Part shown: one piece after another, positions 39,105 to 50,116 of the stretch
Numbering within the stretch: the first letter of the stretch is position 1
Layout of the letters: each line of letters opens with the position of its first letter
NCBI GenBank assembly: GCA_963793305.1
Contig: CAWBZV010000003.1
Span: forward strand, 160,001-224,000
Direction: 5' to 3'
DNA: 64,000 bases
Source: an uncultured Gemmatimonadales bacterium
GTDB lineage: Bacteria > Gemmatimonadota > Gemmatimonadetes > Gemmatimonadales > Gemmatimonadaceae
Notes under the pieces: model-generated
Told to the model about the DNA's origin: nothing
The model's input: only the letters and a program-made list of their open reading frames with translations
Database searches by the model: none
Program-made: the position numbers and the translations under genes

Positions 39105-42036
39105 CTAGAAATCGTACTTCACACCCGCCTGGAACGTGCGACCCTCATTATTGAACCCGGCGCACTGGAGGACCCCGATCGAGGACGCTCCGGTTTGCGG
39201 GATGAACGCGCTCGGGCAGGCACGGTTCGCCAGGTTGAACACGTTGAACACGTCCATCGTCAACCCGACCTGCTGCGAGCCGACGATGTGGAAGAAGCGT
39301 TGGATGCGGATGTCGTCTTGATAGTACGCGAACGCGTTCGAGACGCCGAGGAAGTCGTGCTTGGGCACGTAGTATGATGAGTACTGGATGTAACAGCCAT
39401 AGATCGGGTTGTTGTACACCTTGCAGTTCGTGATATCGAACGGCGAGCCCGAGCTGAAGGTCACGATGCCGCTGACCAGGAAATTGAGCGGCAGTTTTAC
39501 CACCGCGTTCCCCGAGAGCACGGACCGCTGATCGGATGGCGTGGGGTGGCGCGGATAGCTGCTCGGCTCGGGGCGGTCGAGCGAGTAGACGTTGCCCCCG
39601 CCATCGCCACCGTTGTTATCCGCCCAGCTCAACGTATAGGAGATCCACCCACCCCACGTGGTCCTGGGCGTGAGCGGGCGCTCGACTTTGAGAATCATCG
39701 CGTCATACCAGCTATCGACGCAGCCACACGCCCGGAGGATCTGGCGCGCGCCGCCGCTACACGACCCCGCGTAGCAGAACGTGAATCCCGGTTGGTTGAA
39801 ATCGCGATTCGCCCAAAGGTACGTGAATCCATTGAAGCCCCGCGATCCCTGGTACATCTCCGACAGCGCGAACGTGCCAATCACTTGACGCAGACCGCCG
39901 CTGAAGTTCGTCGACCACGGCGGGCGAATATTGTTAGGCGTCAGGTAGAGCTGACTCGGCGGCGCCTGTCCCGACGCGATGATGCCGAGCAATCCCTGCT
40001 TGCTCTGATAGGACGGGTTCCAGACGATCTGGCCGGGGCCGGGCGTTGTCCCCTGGGGCACGAACTGGAAGTTCGTGTTGTGCCACTGCAGGTTGTACGG
40101 TTCATTCGAGGTATAGTAGTAGTTGTCCCGGTCGTAGAAGATGCCCCAGTTCCCGAAAATGAAGAATTGCCCCTTTCCAGTGAGATCGTACGACGCACTC
40201 GCCCGCGGCTGCCACTCGCCCGTAAACGGAGGGCGTTGACCGCCGTTATTGAAGTAGTTGGACGAGATCATTCTGGTTGCCCTTGGAGTCGCGAATCGCG
40301 AGCAGTGTGTCCTCGAGGGCGCGATTCGGCCAGACGAAATTGTTCTGGAACTCGTTCGACTCGTAGTCCCACCGCAGGCCGACGTTGATCGTGAGGCGGT
40401 CGTTCACCGTCCAGTTGTCCTGCACGAACCAGCCGAACTCGTTGTTGTCGGCGCTCAGGTTCGGATTGCCATACCCGATCGACGCCGAGGCGGGGACCGT
40501 GACGTTGCTGTCCGGATTGATAAAGTTGAAGACCGGGTTCTCGTTCAGCTCTTTAAAGATGTGATAGTGGTCGTACGCGTAGGTCACGCCGACCTTGAAG
40601 ACGTGATCGCCGAGCGCGTGGAATCCCGAGTAGGTGAGATCGTCGTGGAAGCGGTAGGTATTCTGCTCGAAGAGCTGATACGTCGTGCCGCCGCCGAGGG
40701 TCAGTAAGCCTTGGTAGTTCAGCTGCGGCAGGGTGGGATTGATCGGCTGCGGATTCCACTTCGTGAACTGGGCTTCGACCTGTGCCTCGTTGAGCCAGTG
40801 ACCCGGGCTCCAGATGTCGCGCAGGGTGGTCGTGTTCACGTCGTTCAGCAGGTTGGTCCCCGTGCTTTGCACGTCCTGGTTCCCCCCATTGACATTGCCA
40901 TAGCCACCGGGATCGGTCGTATGGTTGAATGTCTGGGTCAGCTCCAGGTGCTGCTCCGGCGTCGCGTCGAACGACAGCTTGCCGAAGATGTTGCTTTGCC
41001 GAAAATCCTGATATTGCGTCGAGATGTACTGCTGGGGATTGAGCGAGCGCGCCGCGCCGAGCGAATCGCTGTTGGGAAAGATGCGCGTGGCGTAGTTCGT
41101 GTACGTGCCTTCGTAGCTGGCGAAGATGTGGAGCTTGTCCTTGATGATCGGGCCGCCGATGCTCACGCCGTCCTGCAAGCGCGCGATATTTGGCGGCGGC
41201 GAGCCGGCGATCGTGCTCGCGTAATCCCGACGGATCATCCACGGCGCCTCGCCGTAGCCGAAGACACTCCCGTGCCACTCATTGCCGCCGGACTGCGTCA
41301 CCGCCTGGATCAGCCCGCTGGTCGCGTACTGATACTCGGCGTTGAAATTGTTCGTGAGCACCTTGAATTCCTGAATGGCATTTTGCGGGAACAGATTGCC
41401 CCGGTTCGTCGTCTGGCCGGCGACGCCACCGTTGAGCACGTCGTTCTTATAGCTCGCGCCATCGATGACGACGTTCACTTGGTCGAAGGTCGCCGCGCCG
41501 TAGCCGAACGTCGCCTGATCGTTGGGCGGCACCGGCTGCTGCGTACCCGGGACCAGCTTCGTCAGGTCGAGGAAGTTGCGGTTGTTCTGCGGCTCGTTGT
41601 TGATTTGGCCGACCGACACCGTCGTTGCGACTTGTGGATCGCGCGCTTCGCTCGCCGTGTTGCGTGATGCGTTGACCTGGACTTCGGCGAGCTGGACGGT
41701 CGTGGCCGACATCTGGAAGTCGACTCGCGGCTGGCTCGCGACGTGGATGCGCAGGGTGTCGGCTTGCGGGCCGTAGCCAATGACCACCACGCGAATCAGG
41801 TACACGCTCGGCACGAGTCCGCCGAGATAATAGAAGCCATCCGAACCGGTATGGGTGGTGCGCACGTTCCCGGCATTGAGATCGCGCACCGTCACGGTGG
41901 CGTTCGGAAGTGGTGCTTGGCCCGTTCCAGTGACGAGCCCTTGGAGGCTTGCGACCTCCGTTTGTGCGAACATGCGCGGTGCGTAGAGCGTCAATGCCAC
42001 GGCGCCGAGCGCCGGAATCCAACGTGAAACGACCAT
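39105..42036 (-). CDS. TonB-dependent receptor (Oar-like, N-terminal carboxypeptidase-regulatory domain; apparent +1 frameshift near 40271)
   Basis: Signal peptide; RNFLDL, AIQEFKV, GGPIIKDKLH, FVQDNW...NVGLRWDYE; C-terminal GRTFQAGVKYDF. Confidence 0.88.
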
Positions 42037-42068
42037 CGCCCTGCCCTCACCACCGGTTGTGAACTCTG

Positions 42069-43070
42069 TTAACCCCCGCCACACGACTGTCGGACCACCA
42101 GCGTCGTTGGCAATACGAGCTGTTGCCGCTCATGGCGATTCTTCTCTTGCACCGCCGCCAGCAACACGCCCATCGCGCGCGCACCGAGCTCGCTGATCTC
42201 GACATGCACTGAGGTCAGGGGCGGGCTCATGTAGCGGGCCATGGGGATGTCATCGAAGCCGGCCACGGCGATGTCACTGGGGACCGAGAGGCCGATCTCG
42301 CGAAATGCGGAGAGCGCGCCGATCGCCATGACATCGTTCGCCGCGAAGACCGCGGTCGGTCGCGGCGACAATGCCGCGATCGCGCGCGCGGCCCGGTAGC
42401 CGCCGGTCTCGGTGAAATCCCCAAGAATCTCCCAGCCCTCCTGCTGTTCGGCGCCAGCGTCGCGGAGTGCCGCTCGATATCCGCGCAACCGTTCGCGCGC
42501 ATCATAGTTGCGCGACGACCCGGTGATGATCGCCACGCGCGTGCCGCCGGTGGAGAGCAAGTGGCGCACCATCGCGTACGCGCCGCCAAAATTGTCGACG
42601 CTGATGGCATCGTACGTCGTGCCCTCGACCGCGCAGTTGAGCAGCACGACCGGGAGACTGTCGGGCAGGTTCGCGGCGAGCGTGGGGCCGTCGATGTCCG
42701 GGGACATGACAATCAGCCCATCGACCCGTCCCCGCATCGCGCGGATCGCGTCCTCGATGCGCGCTTGACTTTCGTGTGAGCTCGACACGAGCACGTGATA
42801 ACCATTGTGCTGAGCGGTCTGGTCGATGCCGCGGATGACTTCCGAGAAGAACTCGCCGTAGAGGTCCGGTAGGAGCACGCCGAGGGTGTTCGACTTGGCG
42901 GTGATGAGACTGCGCGCAGCGCTATTCGGCGAGTAGCGGAGCGCACCGGCGACTTCGCGGACGCGGGCGCGGGTTTCTTCGTGTACCGGGCCGCTGTTGT
43001 TGAACACACGAGAGACGGTCGCCACCGACACGCCCGCCGCGCGGGCAACATCACGGATTGTAGCGGGCAT
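42069..43070 (-). CDS. LacI-family transcriptional regulator
   Basis: [45 protein letters not shown]. Confidence 0.96.
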   Translation of the reverse strand: MPATIRDVARAAGVSVATVSRVFNNSGPVHEETRARVREVAGALRYSPNSAARSLITAKSNTLGVLLPDLYGEFFSEVIRGIDQTAQHNGYHVLVSSSHESQARIEDAIRAMRGRVDGLIVMSPDIDGPTLAANLPDSLPVVLLNCAVEGTTYDAISVDNFGGAYAMVRHLLSTGGTRVAIITGSSRNYDARERLRGYRAALRDAGAEQQEGWEILGDFTETGGYRAARAIAALSPRPTAVFAANDVMAIGALSAFREIGLSVPSDIAVAGFDDIPMARYMSPPLTSVHVEISELGARAMGVLLAAVQEKNRHERQQLVLPTTLVVRQSCGGG

Positions 43071-43073
43071 GGG

Positions 43074-43107
43074 TGGAAACGGTTACAGCGATAACTCTCG
43101 TTGTCAA
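43074..43107 (-). promoter_or_regulatory. LacI-type operator overlapping a sigma70 promoter of the lacI-TBDR-GH144 operon
   Basis: Perfect TTGACA on the minus strand (43107-43102); pseudo-palindrome TGTAACCGTTTCCA (43087-43074), 3 nt before the ATG. Confidence 0.7.
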
Positions 43108-43149
43108 GAGTCAATCGCGCAAGCTGAACAATATCAGTACCTTGCCAGC

Positions 43150-43650
43150 ATGACCGCTGCCAAGACCGATGACGAGAAGAGACTCGTCCTACAAGTCATC
43201 CAGCCGGGCCTGCTCGGCCTGATGGATGGGTCGGTCTCGACCCTCGCACCCATCTTCGCCGCCGCCGCACTCACCGGCCGGCCCGCGAGCGCCTTCTTCG
43301 TCGGCCTCGCCGCATCGCTCGGTGCCGGCATCTCCATGGGACTCGCCGAGGCGCTCTCCGACGACGGCACCGTCACCGGTCGCGGCAACCCATGGGCCCG
43401 CGGCGCCATCACCGGATTCGGCACCGCGATCGGCGGCATGTTCCACACGCTGCCGTTCCTCATCCCGAATCTTCAGCGCGCGCTGCAACTCGCGTACGTC
43501 GTCGTCGTACTCGAGCTACTCTCGATCGCGTGGATTCGCTACCACTTCATGAAGGGCGGCCTCGCGTCGACGATCGGTCAAGTGATCGTCGGCGGAGGCC
43601 TCGTCTTCGCCGTCGGCGTGTGGCTCGGCAAGCTCGGCGCGGCGCCGTGA
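43150..43650 (+). CDS. VIT1/CCC1-family membrane protein (resembles the C-terminal domain of MbfA)
   Basis: [47 protein letters not shown]. Confidence 0.82.
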   Translation: MTAAKTDDEKRLVLQVIQPGLLGLMDGSVSTLAPIFAAAALTGRPASAFFVGLAASLGAGISMGLAEALSDDGTVTGRGNPWARGAITGFGTAIGGMFHTLPFLIPNLQRALQLAYVVVVLELLSIAWIRYHFMKGGLASTIGQVIVGGGLVFAVGVWLGKLGAAP

Positions 43651-43651
43651 C

Positions 43652-43682
43652 AACTTGAGGTCACAGTTTGTGACCTCAAGTT
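43652..43682. repeat. 31-bp palindrome, copy 1 (perfect 14-bp arms), overlapping the ORF6N stop codon
   Basis: AACTTGAGGTCACA-GTT-TGTGACCTCAAGTT. Confidence 0.95.
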
Positions 43683-44218
43683 TCAGGGTCCGAAAATCCG
43701 ACGCGCGGTCGTGAGGCTTCCTCCGGTAACCGCGTGAACTCACGCAGAGCGTCGAATACGACATGGAACTGGCCGTCGTATCGCTGCTCCAATTCATCGA
43801 TCCGCTTCGCCAACTCGGCGTGGCCCCGGAAGAACTGCCGCAGGCGTACAAATGTCCGTATGATCGCAATGTTCACATCGATCGCACGATCGCTGTGCAG
43901 GATGCTTGATAGCATGGCGACGCCCTGCTCGGTGAACGCCAGCACCGTGTAACGACGCCCGCCGTACCCGCCTTTCGAACTTGATGTCGCAAATTGTGAC
44001 CTCAAGTTGCTAACCTCTGGTGCGGTAAGCTCTAACAGGAAATCCGAGGGAAATCGACGACGGTTTCGACGGACCTGCTGGTTTAACGCCTTCGTAGGAA
44101 CGCCGTACAGCGCAGCGAGATCGGTGTCGAGCATGACCTTCACGCCACGAACAACGTAGATCCGTTGTTCGATCCAAGCGGCGTCGAGCGATGGGATGGG
44201 AAGTGTTGGGCTGGGCAT
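43676..44218 (-). CDS. ORF6N-domain DNA-binding protein
   Basis: IYVVRGVKVMLDTDLAALYGVPTKALNQQVRRN..RFP, NLRSQFATSS, GGRRY..LAFTEQGVAMLSSIL.S.RAIDVNIAIIRTFVRLR, C-terminal RVGF. Confidence 0.92.
   Translation of the reverse strand: MPSPTLPIPSLDAAWIEQRIYVVRGVKVMLDTDLAALYGVPTKALNQQVRRNRRRFPSDFLLELTAPEVSNLRSQFATSSSKGGYGGRRYTVLAFTEQGVAMLSSILHSDRAIDVNIAIIRTFVRLRQFFRGHAELAKRIDELEQRYDGQFHVVFDALREFTRLPEEASRPRVGFSDPET
43978..44008. repeat. 31-bp palindrome, copy 2, inside the ORF6N coding sequence
   Basis: AACTTGATGTCGCA-AAT-TGTGACCTCAAGTT (12/14 arm pairs); encodes NLRSQFATSS. Confidence 0.92.
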
Positions 44219-44394
44219 AGATGAGTTGGGAGGAGACGGCAGTATCCGAGAAGCCAGGATACACGGCAGGGGAGCACGCGCGTCATCGGTATGTCGACAT
44301 GCGCGGCAAGAACGAATCGAGCCGAGTCTAACACCGACCGACCCGGCCCGTAACGGTCAGAACCGAACGGGTCAGCGCACGCTATTTTTCCACT

Positions 44395-47300
44395 ATGCCC
44401 CGCCAGCCCGACGCGCTGATGCCGTTCCACCCGCTAGTCCGGCGCTGGTTCGAGGAGACCCTCGGCGAGCCGAGCCCGCCGCAGGAGAAAGGATGGCCGG
44501 CGATCGCGTCAGGCGCGCACACGCTGATCCTGGCGCCGACGGGCACGGGCAAGACACTGGCGGCGTTCTTGTGGGAGCTCAATGCCCTGATCGTGCAGGG
44601 CGCCCAGGCACCGCTGCCGAATGCCGTGCAGATCCTCTACATCTCGCCGCTCAAAGCACTCGGCAATGATGTGCAACGCAACTTGCAGAGACCGCTGGCG
44701 GAGTTGCGGGAGCGGTTCGAAGCGGCAGGCGAGCCGTTCCCCGAGATACGAGTCGATGTGCGGAGCGGCGATACGCCGGCCTCGGCGCGGGCAAGAATGC
44801 TCCGCCGGACGCCACACATCTTGATCACGACGCCAGAATCGCTGGCGATATTTGCTGACGACCGAGCGAGGCCGCACGATCTTTCCTGGCGTCCGCGCGG
44901 TCATCGTCGACGAGATCCACGCGGTCGCCGGCGGCAAACGCGGCGCGCATCTCGCGCTGACACTGGAACGCCTCGATGCGCTGGTGACCGGCGCGGGCTT
45001 TGACGCGCCACAGCGCATTGGCCTCTCCGCCACGCAACGCCCGCTGACGGAGATCGCGCACTACCTCGGCGGCCTCGATCGCGCCGCCGAATTCCGGCCA
45101 GTGACGATCGTCGACTGCGGCCTGGTCAAGCCGATGGATCTCGTCGTGCAGTCGCCCGTGCCCGACCTCGGCAACGTCGGCGGCACCGTCTGGCCCGCGG
45201 TCTACGAGCAACTGGTCGGCCTGATCCGCTCGGCCCGCACCACGCTCGTATTCGTGAACAATCGCGGTCAGGCCGAGCGCATCGCGAACAAGATCAACGC
45301 GCTCGCCAAGGAAGACATCGCCCGACCCTATCACGGATCGATTTCCAAAGAACGCCGCCTCGCACTCGAACGCGCCCTCAAAGCCGGCGAGTTGACCGCA
45401 CTCGTGACAACGAGCGCGCTCGAGCTGGGCATCGACATCGGTTCCGTCGACCTCGTCGTACAGATCCAGAGTCCAAAACGGGTCTCCGCCGCCGTCCAAC
45501 GCGCCGGCCGCGCGGGACACTCGGTCGGCGACGTCAGTCGCGCCGCATTCGTCCCCACGTTTCGCGATGATCTCATCGAGATCCTGGCGATCGTCGATGG
45601 CGCCCGCGCAGGCGAGGTCGAAGCGACGGTCGTCCCCCAAAATGCGCTCAATGTTTTGGCGCAGACGATAGTTGCCGTTGCCTCGACGCCGATCGAGGGT
45701 ACGACTGACACGGCGCTCTACGAGCTCGTACGACGCGCGTACCCATATCACCGACTGCCCCGCCAGGCGTTCGACGAAACGCTCGCGATGCTGAGCGGCA
45801 AGTATCCGGCAAACGTCGCCGTGGAGCTGGAACCACGGCTCACATGGGACCGCACCACCGGCCGCGTCACGGGCTCGCGCGGGAGTCGCATGACAGCTGT
45901 GATCTCCGGCGGCACGATCCCGGATCGCGGGTTGTACACGGTGAATCTGCCGGATCGCACCCGACTCGGTGAGCTCGACGAAGAGTTCGTCCACGAGTCT
46001 CGCATTGGCGATGTGTTCCAACTCGGCTCGGCCACCTGGCGCATCAACGCGATCGAGCACGATCGCGTGATCGTGATCCCAGCACCGGGCGCGCCAGCGC
46101 GGATGCCATTCTGGCACGGCGAGTTCGCGACGCGCGGCCCCGCGGTGAGTAGCCGCGTCGGTGCCATTCGCCGCGAATTAGCTGTCGCAACAGAGGACAC
46201 GGACGCCGAATTCGCGGCCAAGCACGGCTGCGATCTGGCCAGCGCCCGCTCGGGCCGCGAGTACGTCGCCGAGCAGCGCGTCGCACTCGGCGTCGTGCCG
46301 GATGATACGGCGCTCACGATCGAGTACTTCCGCGACGACGTTCGAATCCGTCCGCGTGGTCATCCACTCGACGTTCGGCGGTCGGGTCAACGCGCCATGG
46401 GGCATGGCCCTGGCCCGCCGCGCGCGAGATCTCCTGTCGATCGACGTCGCCGTGCAAACGAGCGACGACGGGATCATGCTCCGCCTGCCCGCGCTCGCCG
46501 CGGCTCCGCCGATACGGTCGCTCCTGGCGCAGACGCCGGCCGAGGTCGAGCGGGCTGTCCTCGACGAGGTCGGGACGACGCCGTTGTTCGGCGCCCGGTT
46601 CCGCATGAACGCCGCGCGCGCATTGCTGCTGCCGCGCGGCCGACCGAACCGCCGCATGCCGCTCTGGCTGCAGCGGCTCAAGGCCGTCGACCTGCTGCAA
46701 GCCGTGCGGCAATACCCGGAGTTTCCCATCCTCGTCGAGACGTACCGCGAGGTGCTGCGCGATGCGTTCGACATGGAGGCGCTCACCGGCGTCCTGCGCG
46801 AGATCGAGTCCGGGCGACTGCCGATTCGCATCGTCGAGACCGACCGGCCGTCTCCGTTCGCCGCCGGCCTCCAGCTCGGCTTCGTCATGGAGTGGCTGTA
46901 CGCCGATGACACGCCGCGCGCCGAGCGCGCCGCGGCAATGCTGTCCGTCGATCGCGGCATGCTCGACGATGTGCTCGGCGTCGACGACGCGCTCGACGAG
47001 GCGACCGCTGCGGCGATCGACGAAGTACTCGCCATCCGGCGCGGGACTGCTACTGGCCGCCAGGCGCGCACGGCCGACGAGCTGGCGCACCGACTGGAGC
47101 GCGCCGGGGACCTGACGCTCGACGAGCTTGCGGCTCGCGAGGCGCCAGACTCGGGCGCGCTGCGCGCGCTCCTCGCGTCTGGACGCGTCGTTGCCCTCGA
47201 CAACGGGCGCTACGTCCTGGGCGAGTATCTCCCGCAATACACCTCACGCGCCGCCCGCCGCGAAATTCTGGCGCGGTACCTCGCGCTCGCCGGACTCGTG

Positions 47301-48716
47301 ACGGTCGACGATGTAGCGACGAGGTACTCGTATTCGAGAAAGTGGATCGAGGCCCGGCTCATCGAGTGGGAACGATCGGGGATGCTGGCCTGCGTCGCGG
47401 GCCGATGGATCTCCCGCAAGGTGCTCGAACGCGCTCGCCGGCGCGCCCTGGCGAAACTCCGCGCACAGATCGAGGCGACCGATCTCCCGACGTTCGCGGC
47501 GTTCCTGCAGCGATGGCAGCATGTCGACCCGCGCGATCGCTTGGACGAAGAGGCAGGCCTCGGGATCATCATGGAGCAACTCGACGGCCTCGCGCGCCCA
47601 GCCGATGCGTGGGAGCGCGACTATCTCCCGGCGCGGATGACGCGCTACGACCCCGCGTGGCTCACGCGGGCGGCCAGTGCCGGTACGCTCGTATGGGCCG
47701 GCGTTCCCTCCACACGTGTACGGTTCTTCGAGCGGGGAGAAGGCGCCCTCTGGCAGCCTGAGTCGGCGGCGCCATCGCTCTCGGAGTCAGCCGACCGAGT
47801 GCGCGAGGCTCTTGTGCGGGGTGGTGCGTCGTGGATGACGGACATCACGGCGGTCACGGGCTTGGGCCCGGTGGCGGCGAGAGATGCGCTGCGCGAGCTC
47901 GCCCAGGCCGGCCTCGTCACCAACGACACGATCGACGCGATGCGCGAGGTGATGCACCAGCGTGCGCTCCCGTCACGCAGTCGGACCGAGCCCGACCCCA
48001 CGCGCTGGCTGCCGAACACGTTCGTGACGTCGCGCCGTCCAAGCGCACACCGCCTGCCGCGTTGGCAACGCCCGGACCGCCCGCAGTCGCAGCGTGCCAG
48101 CGCCGGGCGATGGTCGCTGCTCGACACCCCGGGCACACGAGGACCGGCGCTCGATGAGGACGCCCGAGCAGCCGTGATCGCGCAAAAGTGGCTCGTCCGC
48201 TACGGCGTCGTCACGCGCGATTGGTGGCGGCGCGAGCGCCCGCCGGTCTCGTGGCGCGCGATCTATCGCGAGCTCAAACGTCTCGAACTGCGCGGCGAGG
48301 TTCGCCGCGGCTACTTCGTCGAAGGACTCGCCGGCGCCCAGTTCGCGCTCCCGGAAGCCGTCGAGCGCCTGCGCGCCGCCCGCGAGGATCCGGACGCACC
48401 GCTCATCGCGATCGCCGCGACGGACCCGGCGTATCCAGATCTGTTGCCGCGCCCTCGCGGCGCGAGCGCGTTGCTCATCACGCAACGCGGCAAGCCGGTG
48501 ATCACGGTCGAAGGCAACGGCCGCCGCGTGACGTTCCTGGCCTCGCTCGGCGACAGCGAGTTGAGCGTCGCGGTCGCCCTCATTGCCGCGCGCCGTGGAG
48601 GACGCCGGCGCACGCTCGAGACGATCGACGGCCATCCCGCCGCCACGAGCCCGCACGCCGAGGCCTTCGTGCGCGCGGGGTTTCGTCTATCGGGGTTGAC
48701 CCTCGACTATCCCTAG
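44395..48716 (+). CDS. lhr: Lhr-family ATP-dependent helicase, long form (apparent +1 frameshifts near 44851 and 46341)
   Basis: APTGTGKT, YISPLKAL, ITTPESL, DEIH, GLSAT, ALELGIDIG, QRAGRAGH, GGTIPDRG, PFWHGE, RRGYFVEGLAGAQFA across three frames. Confidence 0.9.
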
Positions 48717-49204
48717 CGGGGTGGGGTCAGATTCCCGCACACGAGCGGCACGGGGTCGATCCCTTGGACCCGGTCGACCCGCACGAAGTACTCCCCGTTC
48801 GATGGAAACCCCAGCGCGAGGGACGCGTAGCCCGCCGCGATGCCGGACGAATCCACGGCCAGATCGCGGTAAGCAGCGGGCGGGCCGAACACGCCCAGGT
48901 CATTGTCGCATTTCCCGAAATGCACGCGCCAGGCATACTTCTGCGCCGGGTCGGCGTGATGCACCGCGATCCGCACGCGGATCGAGTGGTTGTCGGCGCT
49001 CCCTGGCGCCATCCACGCGATACCGTGCGGTCCGGCGCTCGTGTCGCCAGTCGTGTCCGTCGCCTCCCAGAGCGTCGTGTTCCAGCGCGTCGCCGCCGGG
49101 GGATCCGACTTTGGCGCGACCGCGTTGGCCGCGCGGCGCATGACGCCGCACGCGGTGCACGCCGCGAAGCACACCATGAGACCGAGACGAAAGCGACACG
49201 ACAC
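48713..49204 (-). CDS. Putative lipoprotein with a CHRD / Cu-Zn-SOD-like fold
   Basis: Lipobox-like CTAC; AWRVHFGKC, EYFVRV, LVCGNL; start uncertain. Confidence 0.55.
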   Translation of the reverse strand: MSCRFRLGLMVCFAACTACGVMRRAANAVAPKSDPPAATRWNTTLWEATDTTGDTSAGPHGIAWMAPGSADNHSIRVRIAVHHADPAQKYAWRVHFGKCDNDLGVFGPPAAYRDLAVDSSGIAAGYASLALGFPSNGEYFVRVDRVQGIDPVPLVCGNLTPPR

Positions 49205-49215
49205 GGGAGTCAAAT

Positions 49216-49842
49216 ATTACACCGCAGCGTCAGTTTGATCGCGCCTATTTCGACCGGTGGTATAGGCACCCCACGTGCCGCGTAAAATCGAGCGCCGAGC
49301 TCGAGCGGGAGGTCGAGTTCGTCCTCGGCGCGACCGAGTACCTCCTCGGCCGACCCGTCCGCTCGGTCCTCGACGTGGGGTGCGGCGAGGGCAACTGGTA
49401 CCCACCCCTGACCGCCCGCCGCCCTCGCCTCCACTACACAGGCGTCGATCCCAGCGAGTATGCGGTTCGCCGCTGGGGCAAGCGCCGCAATATCCACCAC
49501 GGCTCCGTGGACCATCTCGGCGTCGACGGCCAATTCGATCTCGTTGTCTGCTGCGGCGTTCTCAACTATCTGGCCGCCGACACGCTCACGAAGGGCCTCG
49601 CCGAAATCGCCGAACGCGTGGGCGGAGTCGCTTACCTGGACATGTACACCGCGAGCGACGCGGTCACGGGCGACACGCGGGGCGCGAAGCGGCGAGCGTC
49701 GTCGTGGTATAGAGAACGCCTTCACCGCGCGGGACTCACGGCGTGCGGGCTGCACCTGTACGTCGGTCCCGCTATGGCTGACCAGCTCGCGACGCTGGAG
49801 CGCTTTCCGCGCCAACGACGGCGGCACTCCAGGCCAGGATGA
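49216..49842 (+). CDS. Class I SAM-dependent methyltransferase (start uncertain)
   Basis: Frame is open upstream of the track ORF: FDRAYFDRWYR...VLDVGCGEG, GVDPSEYA, FDLVVCCGVLNY. Confidence 0.8.
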   Translation: MTPQRQFDRAYFDRWYRHPTCRVKSSAELEREVEFVLGATEYLLGRPVRSVLDVGCGEGNWYPPLTARRPRLHYTGVDPSEYAVRRWGKRRNIHHGSVDHLGVDGQFDLVVCCGVLNYLAADTLTKGLAEIAERVGGVAYLDMYTASDAVTGDTRGAKRRASSWYRERLHRAGLTACGLHLYVGPAMADQLATLERFPRQRRRHSRPG

Positions 49843-50116
49843 CGCCCAGCAGCACCGTCACCACCACGAGCACAACCGCCGGCAGGTGCATGACGTCGCC
49901 AAGGGTCCGGGCGAGGCGGCCGGCGGGCCCTCGCATCGCGTCATGCGCCAGAAATCCCATCCACGCGATCCCCGCGCCGAGCGCCGCGCGCGTCGCTGGC
50001 CGGCGGCTCGGCCCAACCATCCATCCCCATGCGAGCGCAATAATCGGCACGGCCCACCACCCCACGAAGAACGTCCCCAGGGAGAAGGCGGCCGCCAGCA
50101 CGACGATGTCGATCAC
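49772..50116 (-). CDS. Hypothetical membrane protein
   Basis: GTGA overlap with the acylase stop; about 4 hydrophobic segments. Confidence 0.6.
   Translation of the reverse strand: MIDIVVLAAAFSLGTFFVGWWAVPIIALAWGWMVGPSRRPATRAALGAGIAWMGFLAHDAMRGPAGRLARTLGDVMHLPAVVLVVVTVLLGVILAWSAAVVGAESAPASRAGQP

Noticed and set aside
43651..44009. ORF6N palindromes as a CRISPR array or IS terminal repeats
   Set aside because: Only two copies 326 bp apart, one inside a gene; no cas or transposase gene, and they do not bracket the ORF.
44395..48716. lhr and other split genes as pseudogenes or programmed frameshifts
   Set aside because: All breaks are single +1 insertions, mostly at two recurrent motifs, with no slippery heptamers, in-frame stops or other decay; sequencing error is more likely.
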